From Escherichia phage ECP2303: DNA of 64,000 nt. The translations under genes were made by a program, and so were the position numbers. A model generated the notes under the pieces. The model had not been told where the DNA came from, ran no database searches, and was given only the letters and a program-made list of their open reading frames with translations. Of this stretch, positions 29,157 to 36,380 are shown in pieces. Numbering within the stretch: position 1 is the stretch's first letter; every line of letters begins with the position of its first letter. The DNA lies in the sequence record PP261279.1; one strand, given 5' to 3'.

Positions 29157-29247
29157 TGGCGGAGAGTAATGGAATCGAACCATCATCGAGTTATCCTCAA
29201 CGGGACGGTTTTCAAGACCGCTTGAGCACCATTGCTCCCTACCCTCC
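29157..29247 (-). tRNA. tRNA-Ser (anticodon UGA), type II
   Basis: Anticodon arm GCGGT-CUUGAAA-ACCGT nearly identical to E. coli tRNA-Ser(UGA); long variable arm; T-arm GATGG-TTCGATT-CCATT; CCA encoded; 91 nt. Confidence 0.7.
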
Positions 29248-29361
29248 TTTATAAATTACACTGATAATGACACTGATTTTCGAGCAGTTAGTGACTAGTA
29301 TAAACGACGATAAATATCAATGTCATTATCTGTATGATTTATGCATTTAAAAATATAAATT

Positions 29362-29448
29362 TGGTGGGGAGTGGTGGAGTCGAACCACCCGAGTCGCAAT
29401 GACAATAGATTTACAGTCTACACCGCTACCTCTACGGGATAACTCCCC
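29362..29448 (-). tRNA. tRNA-Tyr (anticodon GUA), type II
   Basis: Anticodon arm GTAGA-CUGUAAA-TCTAT and variable region TGTCATTGCGACTCG resemble E. coli tRNA-Tyr; T-arm GGTGG-TTCGACT-CCACC; CCA encoded; 87 nt. Confidence 0.65.
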
Positions 29449-29452
29449 AATT

Positions 29453-29527
29453 TGGCACCCCGTACTGGACTCGAACCAGTGTCAACGGCTTAGAAGGCCG
29501 CTGCTTTATCCACTAAGCTAACAGGGC
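29453..29527 (-). tRNA. tRNA-Arg (anticodon UCU)
   Basis: Acceptor GCCCTGT/ACGGGGT (two G-U pairs), D-stem GCTT/AAGC, anticodon stem GCGGC/GCCGT with loop CUUCUAA, T-arm ACTGG-TTCGAGT-CCAGT, CCA encoded. Confidence 0.65.
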
Positions 29528-29585
29528 ACTGGGTGGCTTTCTTTTACACCTGAGCCGCCAGAAAAGGTGGGAGACCATGTTTATA

Positions 29586-29614
29586 ATATTACACTGTTAG
29601 GCAAAGTTTGTCAA
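29586..29614 (-). promoter_or_regulatory. sigma70-type promoter for the tRNA cluster
   Basis: Minus-strand TTGACA (29609-29614), 17-nt spacer, TAATAT (29586-29591) preceded by TG; about 55 nt upstream of tRNA-Arg. Confidence 0.5.
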
Positions 29615-29623
29615 GAAAATATT

Positions 29624-29962
29624 TTAACTATTGCCAACAGGCTGTATTTCTGTGGTAAATGGCATAAAAGGTGCTGGTTTTTCAGCCTCTTCTACTACCA
29701 CCTCTTCCTCTTCACCAAACATCTCATCATATTCTTCCTGCATTCGGTCTGCCTTATCAAGAACATACTCTGCAATGCTTTGACGAATATTTTGTTTGGT
29801 TTTCGGGTCCAACATCAGCTCTCTTAAAACTTTGTGAGCTTCTGGAACCATCGCTATAAAAGATTCCTTCATATCAAGGATGTTCTTCTCTAGCTGAATG
29901 GCGTTGGACTCCTCTTTCAGAGGTCTGCCTCTACGGCGACGCTTTTTAGTTGTATCCGCCAT
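29624..29962 (-). CDS. small basic/acidic protein with AT-hook-like KKRRRRGRP motif
   Basis: Start assigned to ATG at 29962 (GGAGGAAAC RBS), 112 aa; N-terminal Arg/Lys cluster with GRP core, C-terminal acidic tail; the longer track ORF (to 30082) would overlap the promoter. Confidence 0.45.
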   Translation of the reverse strand: MADTTKKRRRRGRPLKEESNAIQLEKNILDMKESFIAMVPEAHKVLRELMLDPKTKQNIRQSIAEYVLDKADRMQEEYDEMFGEEEEVVVEEAEKPAPFMPFTTEIQPVGNS

Positions 29963-29990
29963 GTTTCCTCCATTATCACGTGATAGGTGG

Positions 29991-30019
29991 ATTTTATCAC
30001 GGCAAATACTGATTGTCAA
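29991..30019 (-). promoter_or_regulatory. sigma70-type promoter
   Basis: Minus-strand TTGACA (30014-30019), 17-nt spacer, TAAAAT (29991-29996); a 7-bp-stem hairpin (30026-30046) abuts the -35. Confidence 0.45.
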
Positions 30020-30307
30020 GTTCGCCGCAGGGTGGTATTCCCTGCGACTTGCCCAGCGTCCTGGACCAGCAAGACCCAACAAGTGGGTTACCAGATACCC
30101 ATTACCGCGCTCTGGCTCGACCTTATTACAGGTTGGCTGGGGTCACATCGTCATGTGCTGGCTGCCCCTACCATTTTAAGTGTGGTGCACTATCAAGCCC
30201 TCTAAGGGGAACTCAGACTTCTCCGAACCCTGTTTCAAAGCATCCGGAGATAAAGCCATCAAACTCATCTTTAAATTGGATATTCATCATGATACACGAA
30301 AACAACC

Positions 30308-30550
30308 TCATTGTAAAGCACAAATAAATAAAACATACTTAATTTGTTTGTTATCGGGCTCAGGGTAGAAGTAGAAGATCTTGCTATCACCAATCTGCAC
30401 ACCACCATCCCAACAACATAAACCATAACCCGTATTCATACAAGCTAAGTCGTTTGCAAAATCTATTGCATCATCTAGTGCACGAAATTCACCTTCATCT
30501 TCTAAATAATCCTCATTCATGGAACGGAAAACGAGCTTAACCTTAAACAT
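30308..30550 (-). CDS. hypothetical early protein
   Basis: 80-aa acidic ORF. Confidence 0.4.
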   Translation of the reverse strand: MFKVKLVFRSMNEDYLEDEGEFRALDDAIDFANDLACMNTGYGLCCWDGGVQIGDSKIFYFYPEPDNKQIKYVLFICALQ

Positions 30551-30626
30551 AGCATTACCTGTAGACCTCGTAAGTTAAAATTGTATCACATCATATTGCA
30601 GATCTTATCAGGTAACATTATTTTTG

Positions 30627-30815
30627 TCAACAGATTCCGGCCTTATCCCTCCTGTCTGCGTATTCTTTAATCGCAACCTCACCTGCATTGGTAACCAGAT
30701 CTTCAAAGTAATTCTCAAGCTCCTCGTCAATGTCCGGTGACCAGCTCTTTTTCCTGTCAGTGTGAATTGCAGACTTGTTGAACTTATTACAATTCTTTGC
30801 TACCGGATTGTTCAT
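30627..30815 (-). CDS. hypothetical early protein
   Basis: 62-aa ORF. Confidence 0.35.
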   Translation of the reverse strand: MNNPVAKNCNKFNKSAIHTDRKKSWSPDIDEELENYFEDLVTNAGEVAIKEYADRRDKAGIC

Positions 30816-30825
30816 TAAGCTCTCC

Positions 30826-31404
30826 TCAACGTTCGTAGTAAATCTTATTCAACATTACCTCATCGTTTGCAGAAAGGATATCAAGATATGCATCACCAAA
30901 TCTGCCTGCAACAACCTCTGCATGATACATCACTTCGTTAACATCGTCAAGAGTGATAACCGGATGACCATATCTTTCTGAATATTGTCTCAGTGTGCGA
31001 TGTAACGAGTCGTCATCATATGCAGACTTTTTAATATCACAAACACGACGAATGGCCTTGATGTCGAAAAAACCTGTGCGATACCACCCAAGAAAAAAGT
31101 TCCGTGTAGTGTCAACATCTACATCAATACCATTAAGAACCTTATCTACAAGATAGCTGTCATCCTTTGGACTAGCGTCCTTAGTGCGAATGTAGTTGCC
31201 ATCTTTTCCAGGTGATAGCTCCTTCTCATCACCAACTTGCATGCCATCATTTGGCGGTGTTAGCCACTTATCAGGATGCTTACGATCACGAGCGTTAGAA
31301 TGATTACGCTGGAAACCTGGCTTCCACTTGAAAGTTTTCTCCATCTGTTCTTCATTCTGATAACGTTTTGCAATCTTTTCACTGGCATCTTTGCGTGAAC
31401 TCAT
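30826..31404 (-). CDS. hypothetical early protein
   Basis: 192-aa ORF with GAGGAG RBS; first gene downstream of the 660-bp non-coding hub. Confidence 0.45.
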   Translation of the reverse strand: MSSRKDASEKIAKRYQNEEQMEKTFKWKPGFQRNHSNARDRKHPDKWLTPPNDGMQVGDEKELSPGKDGNYIRTKDASPKDDSYLVDKVLNGIDVDVDTTRNFFLGWYRTGFFDIKAIRRVCDIKKSAYDDDSLHRTLRQYSERYGHPVITLDDVNEVMYHAEVVAGRFGDAYLDILSANDEVMLNKIYYER

Positions 31405-31908
31405 AGCAGACTCCTCTTCAAGTTATAGAAAAACTCACTGTATCGCTTTGTAACGAGCTTTTCTATCAAACTGGTGCGATTGCCTTACTTGGTATAGTTT
31501 ATATAGCTGTGGAGCGATTTAGGGGCCTTCTTGTCAGTTTCCACACATAAACTTTATCCGAACTCGCGCGGGAGGCTCTCAACCGACTCCTTCCGGCGCT
31601 GGCAAGCTTTCGTCGGTGGTACACATTAGTGCTCGGCCTTTGGCCTGCGCTATCGCTTCGCTCCCACACATGTTAACAGTCCTGCATGTATGCACTTCTG
31701 TTATTGTGTGCACTATGGAGGCCCGGCATCTCGCCCCTCGTAGGCGAGTGCCAATGAAGGGCCGACACTACCCATAATAAGTAATAAATTTAAAACATGG
31801 TACTTAGGATCTAGTATATTCTACATAAGTTAAGTATATGTACTTTAGTACCATAAGTACTAGATCTTTTATTTTTATTATTTAGTTATTTTAGTTATAT
31901 TCTTTATG

Positions 31909-31989
31909 TGTCCGTATCACGGACAGTTAGTGTCCGTATTACGGGCAGATGTGTCCGCGTGACGGACAGTAGTGTCCGTATCACGGACA
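31909..31989. repeat. array of four 17-bp palindromic iterons (TGTCCGT-ATC-ACGGACA) phased at 21-22 bp
   Basis: Copies at 31909-31925, 31931-31947 (variant), 31952-31968 (variant centre), 31973-31989; each has 7-bp inverted arms; read directly from sequence. Confidence 0.85.
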
Positions 31990-32064
31990 GTTACTAACCT
32001 CTGTTCCAGAGTGAACATAAAACATACAAATCCTTATAGTACAGATGTTTAAGTTTTTACTGGT

Positions 32065-32415
32065 CTAACCAGTTGTTGACATTCGAATAACTTCTTCTGG
32101 TGGCAAAACTTTGTAAAATGTGCATCTTTTACCTCTCCCTTGTGTGGATATTTCAACCACTCCTGCACATTCTAAAGTTTTAACGCACGCTGCTGCTTTT
32201 GTTTTCTTTATCCCAACATCTGCTGCAATTTTCCTTGTGCTGGGTGTGAAGCGTGAATTTTCTCCAAGCTTATACCAGTTGTGCAGATAGCAGTATACGA
32301 TCTTGTCATATAAGTCAAGAACAACAACCTCCCCAGTTGTGTCATTCAAAACTTTTGACATAGACAGTATTTCAAGGGGGACTTTAAGATATAGCAGCTT
32401 ATCCCCATCTTTCAT
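32065..32415 (-). CDS. winged-helix DNA-binding protein (putative transcriptional regulator or initiator)
   Basis: 116 aa; TRKIAADVGIKKTKAAACVKTLECAGVVEI has the helix-turn-helix pattern of wHTH regulators; gene ends ~75 bp from the iteron array. Confidence 0.5.
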   Translation of the reverse strand: MKDGDKLLYLKVPLEILSMSKVLNDTTGEVVVLDLYDKIVYCYLHNWYKLGENSRFTPSTRKIAADVGIKKTKAAACVKTLECAGVVEISTQGRGKRCTFYKVLPPEEVIRMSTTG

Positions 32416-32462
32416 ATCTCCTGATTCTCCTTGTGTGGCAATTTTCTTTAAAATAGCAGGGA

Positions 32463-33017
32463 TTACTCCCCGCTGTCAATAGCAAGACTCATTGCAATAC
32501 GGTATGCCTCTTCTAATGGTAAGAGTCTCCCCCACACATCCCAACCGACATCAAACTGCCTGCCAAACAACTGCTGTGTGGTTCCGTGAGCATGACCGAA
32601 CAGTTGGACTGATCCGTGAGGCTTTCTGTTCCACTTTGCAAACTGGTAATGGCTCATACAGATCAAATTCTTGTTGTGGCGAAGCTCGTAATAATCTACA
32701 ACCTCATGACCGAACTCTTTCATAATTCTGACAGTCGTTCTTGTGTCATGGTTACCACGAACAAGAATAATATGTCCGTTCAACATATTTAGAACATCTG
32801 GAAGCAGTTTGTTGATATTCTTATCATTAGTGCACGCAATATCCCCCAAGTGAAACACAGTGTCTGCAGGTGACACAACAGAGTTCCACTTGGTGATGAT
32901 TCCCGCATTCATACTGTCAAGATTGTGATCATACTGAGATCTGTGTTTTTGACATGAGTCGAACTCCATTACCCGCTGGTGGAGAAAGTGTGTGTCGCTT
33001 GTTACAAAGTATTTCAT
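32463..33017 (-). CDS. calcineurin-like metallophosphoesterase (putative RNA/DNA 3'-phosphatase)
   Basis: Start at ATG 33017 (GAGGAA RBS); motifs SDTHF, GDIACT, GNHD, GHAHG correspond to metallophosphatase motifs; coupled to the kinase gene. Confidence 0.65.
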   Translation of the reverse strand: MKYFVTSDTHFLHQRVMEFDSCQKHRSQYDHNLDSMNAGIITKWNSVVSPADTVFHLGDIACTNDKNINKLLPDVLNMLNGHIILVRGNHDTRTTVRIMKEFGHEVVDYYELRHNKNLICMSHYQFAKWNRKPHGSVQLFGHAHGTTQQLFGRQFDVGWDVWGRLLPLEEAYRIAMSLAIDSGE

Positions 33018-33024
33018 ACATTCC

Positions 33025-33435
33025 TCATTTAAGTTTAATGCAGTTTTTAAGCTGGCGTTCCATACGATCCACAACCCTGTCTGGAACATCATGAATGCTT
33101 TTATTACCATGGCGGTTTTCAACCACGATCACGGTATAACTATATCCATGACTGATCGCCATGTCAATATATTCTTGCACATATTTTTCTTTTGTAAACG
33201 TATTACTTACCACGATACGGTCGTAGCCCATACGCATCATATCTTCTACGTTATCTTTGCACCATTTTGCTGCAAGTGTTACTTTACTTGCATCCCAATT
33301 GTAATTGCCGTCATCGTCGTACCAGAACATATCGTTCTCAAAATGTGGATACAGACCTTCTAAAGATAGCGCATTTGCCAGTGTTGATTTGCCAGACCCT
33401 GGTAGACCACGCACGATATATAGCATTTTAGACAT
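33025..33435 (-). CDS. P-loop polynucleotide kinase-like protein
   Basis: Start at ATG 33435 (GGAGAG RBS); Walker A GLPGSGKST near N-terminus as in T4 Pnk kinase domain; 136 aa. Confidence 0.6.
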   Translation of the reverse strand: MSKMLYIVRGLPGSGKSTLANALSLEGLYPHFENDMFWYDDDGNYNWDASKVTLAAKWCKDNVEDMMRMGYDRIVVSNTFTKEKYVQEYIDMAISHGYSYTVIVVENRHGNKSIHDVPDRVVDRMERQLKNCIKLK

Positions 33436-33463
33436 AGTAACTCTCCGTTTTAATTTTAATGAT

Positions 33464-33492
33464 AGTATACCTAACTGTTTTGTTAATTTCAA
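33464..33492 (-). promoter_or_regulatory. sigma70-type promoter for the kinase/phosphatase operon
   Basis: Minus-strand TTGAAA, 17-nt spacer, TATACT; about 30 nt upstream of the kinase start. Confidence 0.4.
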
Positions 33493-33495
33493 GTG

Positions 33496-33524
33496 TTGAC
33501 ACCAGGTTATTTGTGTGGCAGAAT
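33496..33524 (+). promoter_or_regulatory. sigma70-type promoter opening the plus-strand block
   Basis: TTGACA, 17-nt spacer ending TGTGG, then CAGAAT; divergent from the minus-strand promoter. Confidence 0.4.
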
Positions 33525-33556
33525 AAAGGGACAAAATGACAAATGAGGAATGTATG

Positions 33557-34471
33557 ATGAAGTATTTTAATGCAGACGACCTGGTTGACAAAGGTCTTGT
33601 AACCAGCAGATATTACCCAGATCTTGGATTAAAGATCTACAAATATGCCAGAAAAGTATTCTACAACAATTTATGGCATTTGTCTCCGCGTTTACTAGAG
33701 TGCCGAGGCATTGTTGTCGGTAATGAAGGAAATGTTGTGGCATGGCCCTTCACAAAAGTGTTTAATTTGGGAGAAAACTCCACCAACCTGCCTGACAATA
33801 AACTTGTGACGGCGGTAGAGAAAAAGAACGGATTCCTTGGTGTGGTATCATCTCATAAAGGTGAACTATTGTTTTCAACAACCGGGTCTCTTGATTCTCC
33901 ATATTGTAACCTTGCAAAGGAAACCATCCAGGAGCAATGTGGTAATTTAGATCTCATCAAAAAGGTTATGGGCCATGAAAACATGACATTCATGTTTGAA
34001 ATTTGTCACCCTTCAGATCCGCATATTGTTCAGGAAGACCATGGCGCATATTTGATAGGTTGCAGATATAACGATTCTGGAATAATGCTACCAGAAGCAG
34101 CTTTAGATGGGATTGCCAAATACCTTGGTGCAAAACGTCCTCACACTGTGCGTGAAATTCCGTTCAGCTATGCAAAAGAATTAGCTGCAGAAACAAGAGG
34201 TGAAGGGTATATGATTCGTAAGCCTTACTACCCTTATGATCTGCAGCTGAAGATCAAGTCTCCATACTATTTGGCACGGAAGGCCGTAATGAGGGGTAAA
34301 GCTTGGAAGATTTGGGATGATGATATCTTTAAACGTATTGACGAAGAGTTTTACGGCATGGTAAACTTCATTCGTAACAATTACACAGAAGATGTGTGGA
34401 ACTGCCTCCTAGAGCAGGAACGCCGTGAGATACTTGACTGCTATTTCCACAACGAGGACTATATGCAATGA
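33557..34471 (+). CDS. RNA ligase 1 (T4 RnlA-like)
   Basis: LECRGIVVGNEG and FNLGEN match T4 Rnl1 (LECRGIMFEMDG, FNLNEN); nucleotidyltransferase motif I KKNGFL matches KEDGSL; start assigned to ATG with GAGGAA RBS (track start 33536). Confidence 0.75.
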   Translation: MKYFNADDLVDKGLVTSRYYPDLGLKIYKYARKVFYNNLWHLSPRLLECRGIVVGNEGNVVAWPFTKVFNLGENSTNLPDNKLVTAVEKKNGFLGVVSSHKGELLFSTTGSLDSPYCNLAKETIQEQCGNLDLIKKVMGHENMTFMFEICHPSDPHIVQEDHGAYLIGCRYNDSGIMLPEAALDGIAKYLGAKRPHTVREIPFSYAKELAAETRGEGYMIRKPYYPYDLQLKIKSPYYLARKAVMRGKAWKIWDDDIFKRIDEEFYGMVNFIRNNYTEDVWNCLLEQERREILDCYFHNEDYMQ

Positions 34472-34818
34472 AGAAGTTGATTGTGTGGCTGGATGACTTG
34501 AGAGATCCGTCAAATTATGGGCTCCCAGATGCTCTTTGGCTAAAGAATTCCTCTGAGTTTATGGATTTTATTAACGATAAGGGAAAGCTCTACAGGCGCG
34601 TTTCTGAGTGGCACATGGACAACGACCTTGGAGAGGTATTTGAAGGGTACGATTGCCTATCTATGCTGGAGGAAAAATTTGTATTTGGTAAGCCTCCTGT
34701 AGTTGACAACGTGAAGATTTTCGTGCATACTTCTAACCCATCAGCTGCTCGTAAATTCATGCTTGCTGCTGACTCGTTTAAAAAGTTTGGAATAGAGATT
34801 AAACAAAACATCTACTGA
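34468..34818 (+). CDS. hypothetical protein
   Basis: 116-aa ORF coupled between RNA ligase and Sir2-like genes; no motif recognised. Confidence 0.4.
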   Translation: MKKLIVWLDDLRDPSNYGLPDALWLKNSSEFMDFINDKGKLYRRVSEWHMDNDLGEVFEGYDCLSMLEEKFVFGKPPVVDNVKIFVHTSNPSAARKFMLAADSFKKFGIEIKQNIY

Positions 34819-34826
34819 GGACACTT

Positions 34827-35588
34827 ATGCGACGACTGATCATTATCTCCGGTGCTGGTTTGAGCGCTGAATCTGGTATCCCAACTTTCCGATCTGGTGG
34901 CACTGCAATGTGGGAGAATTTCAGCATCGATGAGGTGTGTAACATCCACACCTTTGCCAAGAACTACTATAAGGTTCATGACTTTTACAATGCACGGCGT
35001 GTAGCTCTTGGCAGTGTTGATCCTAACCTTGCACATCTCCGGATCGCTGAGTGGTATTCCCGCTGGTCTGGTCGTGTGATCAACCTGACCACCAATGTAG
35101 ATGATTTGCTGGAGCGTGCTGGTGTAAAACATGAAGATATTTTACATGTCCACGGATATTTGCCAGAAATAGTCTACAAGGATGATGAAGGGAGTAACGT
35201 CATTAAAGACATTGGATACTCTGAGGTAGATGCAAGCAAGTATACTTGGGTTAAGCCTAATGTAGTGTTCTTCGGAGAAGTAGCTCCAAAGTATACAGAC
35301 ATGTATGACCTGTTGACTTCTCTGACGAGCAATGATATGGTTATCCTTGTAGGGTGCTCCAACACAGTTATCAATTTTAACTGGGAGCTATTCCCTGCCT
35401 GTAATAAGGGGACCAAACTGCTGATCGTTAACAAATACGACTCACAGCATTTAGGGGAGAATGGCATTTCACGTAGTGACATTTACCAGTATGAGGATCG
35501 CGGCATCCCAGTTTGGTTTAACGGGGCTGTTGACGCTTTCTCTGATAAAACATTCATTGACATCGTAGAAAACTTTATGGAACTGTAA
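34827..35588 (+). CDS. Sir2-family (sirtuin-like) NAD-dependent protein, lacking the zinc ribbon
   Basis: GAGLSAESGIPTFR, TTNVDDLLERAG, catalytic-type HG (LHVHGYL), VVFFGE, LVGCS; no CxxC...CxxC zinc motif. Confidence 0.8.
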   Translation: MRRLIIISGAGLSAESGIPTFRSGGTAMWENFSIDEVCNIHTFAKNYYKVHDFYNARRVALGSVDPNLAHLRIAEWYSRWSGRVINLTTNVDDLLERAGVKHEDILHVHGYLPEIVYKDDEGSNVIKDIGYSEVDASKYTWVKPNVVFFGEVAPKYTDMYDLLTSLTSNDMVILVGCSNTVINFNWELFPACNKGTKLLIVNKYDSQHLGENGISRSDIYQYEDRGIPVWFNGAVDAFSDKTFIDIVENFMEL

Positions 35589-35602
35589 GCGGAGGCCTTT
35601 TA

Positions 35603-36316
35603 ATGCTGAATACTAAACTGATTGACAACTTGGAAAAACTGTCTCAGCCTGAAAACTACCTTTGGTCTGCCAACTGGGTGGAAAATTGGAACCGTGTAGC
35701 AGCTAAAGTGAAAAAATCATACACACCATTCGAACTTCAGCTGAGTTTCATTGAGGAAGAGTTCAATGAAGTTTTGGAAGAGTTGGAGAAAGGTGATGGT
35801 GGGGATCATCTCCTAAAAGAGGCCTGCGATCTTCACGTTGTCACAAGTTATGCCGCTTATCTTGTTAACGATAACCATGAAAAGTGGTCAAACCTGTTTG
35901 ATAATCCGCGAGGTCTTAAGTTTAAGATCGGTGAATTTTATGATACATTGATCGCTGCGAAAAATACCTCTAAGCAAAGAGCGTCTGCTTACCGCTTAGC
36001 AGAGTTGTCAACAGCTTTGCTGTTCCAGCTTCGCGGTGATGTGTGCGGGATGATGCGGAAGGTTCTAAAATCTAATGACAGCAAGTTTGCACGCGTCAAC
36101 CATCTGCGGTATTCACACGGTGCCAGTGCAGATATGCCTGCTGAACAACTTATCGAGTTGGAGATTAAAGATCTTGAGCGACGCTTTGATGGTCGCTATG
36201 AAGGTTTTGTTGCTAAAGAAGAATTCTACAACGGAAATAAAGTTATCATATTCCTCGACAGTAAAGGTAAGATTATGAAGCCTTCAAGCTTCAAGGATGT
36301 AACAGAATATATTTAA
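35603..36316 (+). CDS. MazG-like nucleotide pyrophosphohydrolase domain protein (putative)
   Basis: N-terminal FIEEEFNEVLEELEKGD resembles the EExxE/ExxE MazG motif; C-terminal 120 aa unassigned. Confidence 0.45.
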   Translation: MLNTKLIDNLEKLSQPENYLWSANWVENWNRVAAKVKKSYTPFELQLSFIEEEFNEVLEELEKGDGGDHLLKEACDLHVVTSYAAYLVNDNHEKWSNLFDNPRGLKFKIGEFYDTLIAAKNTSKQRASAYRLAELSTALLFQLRGDVCGMMRKVLKSNDSKFARVNHLRYSHGASADMPAEQLIELEIKDLERRFDGRYEGFVAKEEFYNGNKVIIFLDSKGKIMKPSSFKDVTEYI

Positions 36317-36322
36317 TAACAT

Positions 36323-36345
36323 AGCCGGGGCGATCCCGGCTTTAC
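36323..36345 (+). terminator. Rho-independent terminator
   Basis: GCCGGG-gcgau-CCCGGC followed by TTTACTTGTTT. Confidence 0.6.
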
Positions 36346-36380
36346 TTGTTTAGGAAAGTATGCAAGTGAGGTAGAAAGTT

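Noticed and set aside
28716-29527. tRNA cluster as a prophage integration site (attachment site).
   Set aside because: No integrase or excisionase nearby, seven tandem tRNAs with their own promoter, and a lytic-type gene content; the tRNAs are phage-encoded.
29898-30368. Plus-strand ORFs 29898-30179, 29987-30205, 30013-30327 and 30180-30368.
   Set aside because: They overlap each other in all three frames within a GC-rich segment and have no RBS; read as non-coding (see finding on 30020-30307).
31909-31989. Possible CRISPR array.
   Set aside because: Repeat units are palindromic operators with no unique spacers between them (period 21-22 bp equals the repeat itself plus 4-5 bp), only four copies, and no cas genes; fits iterons/operators instead.
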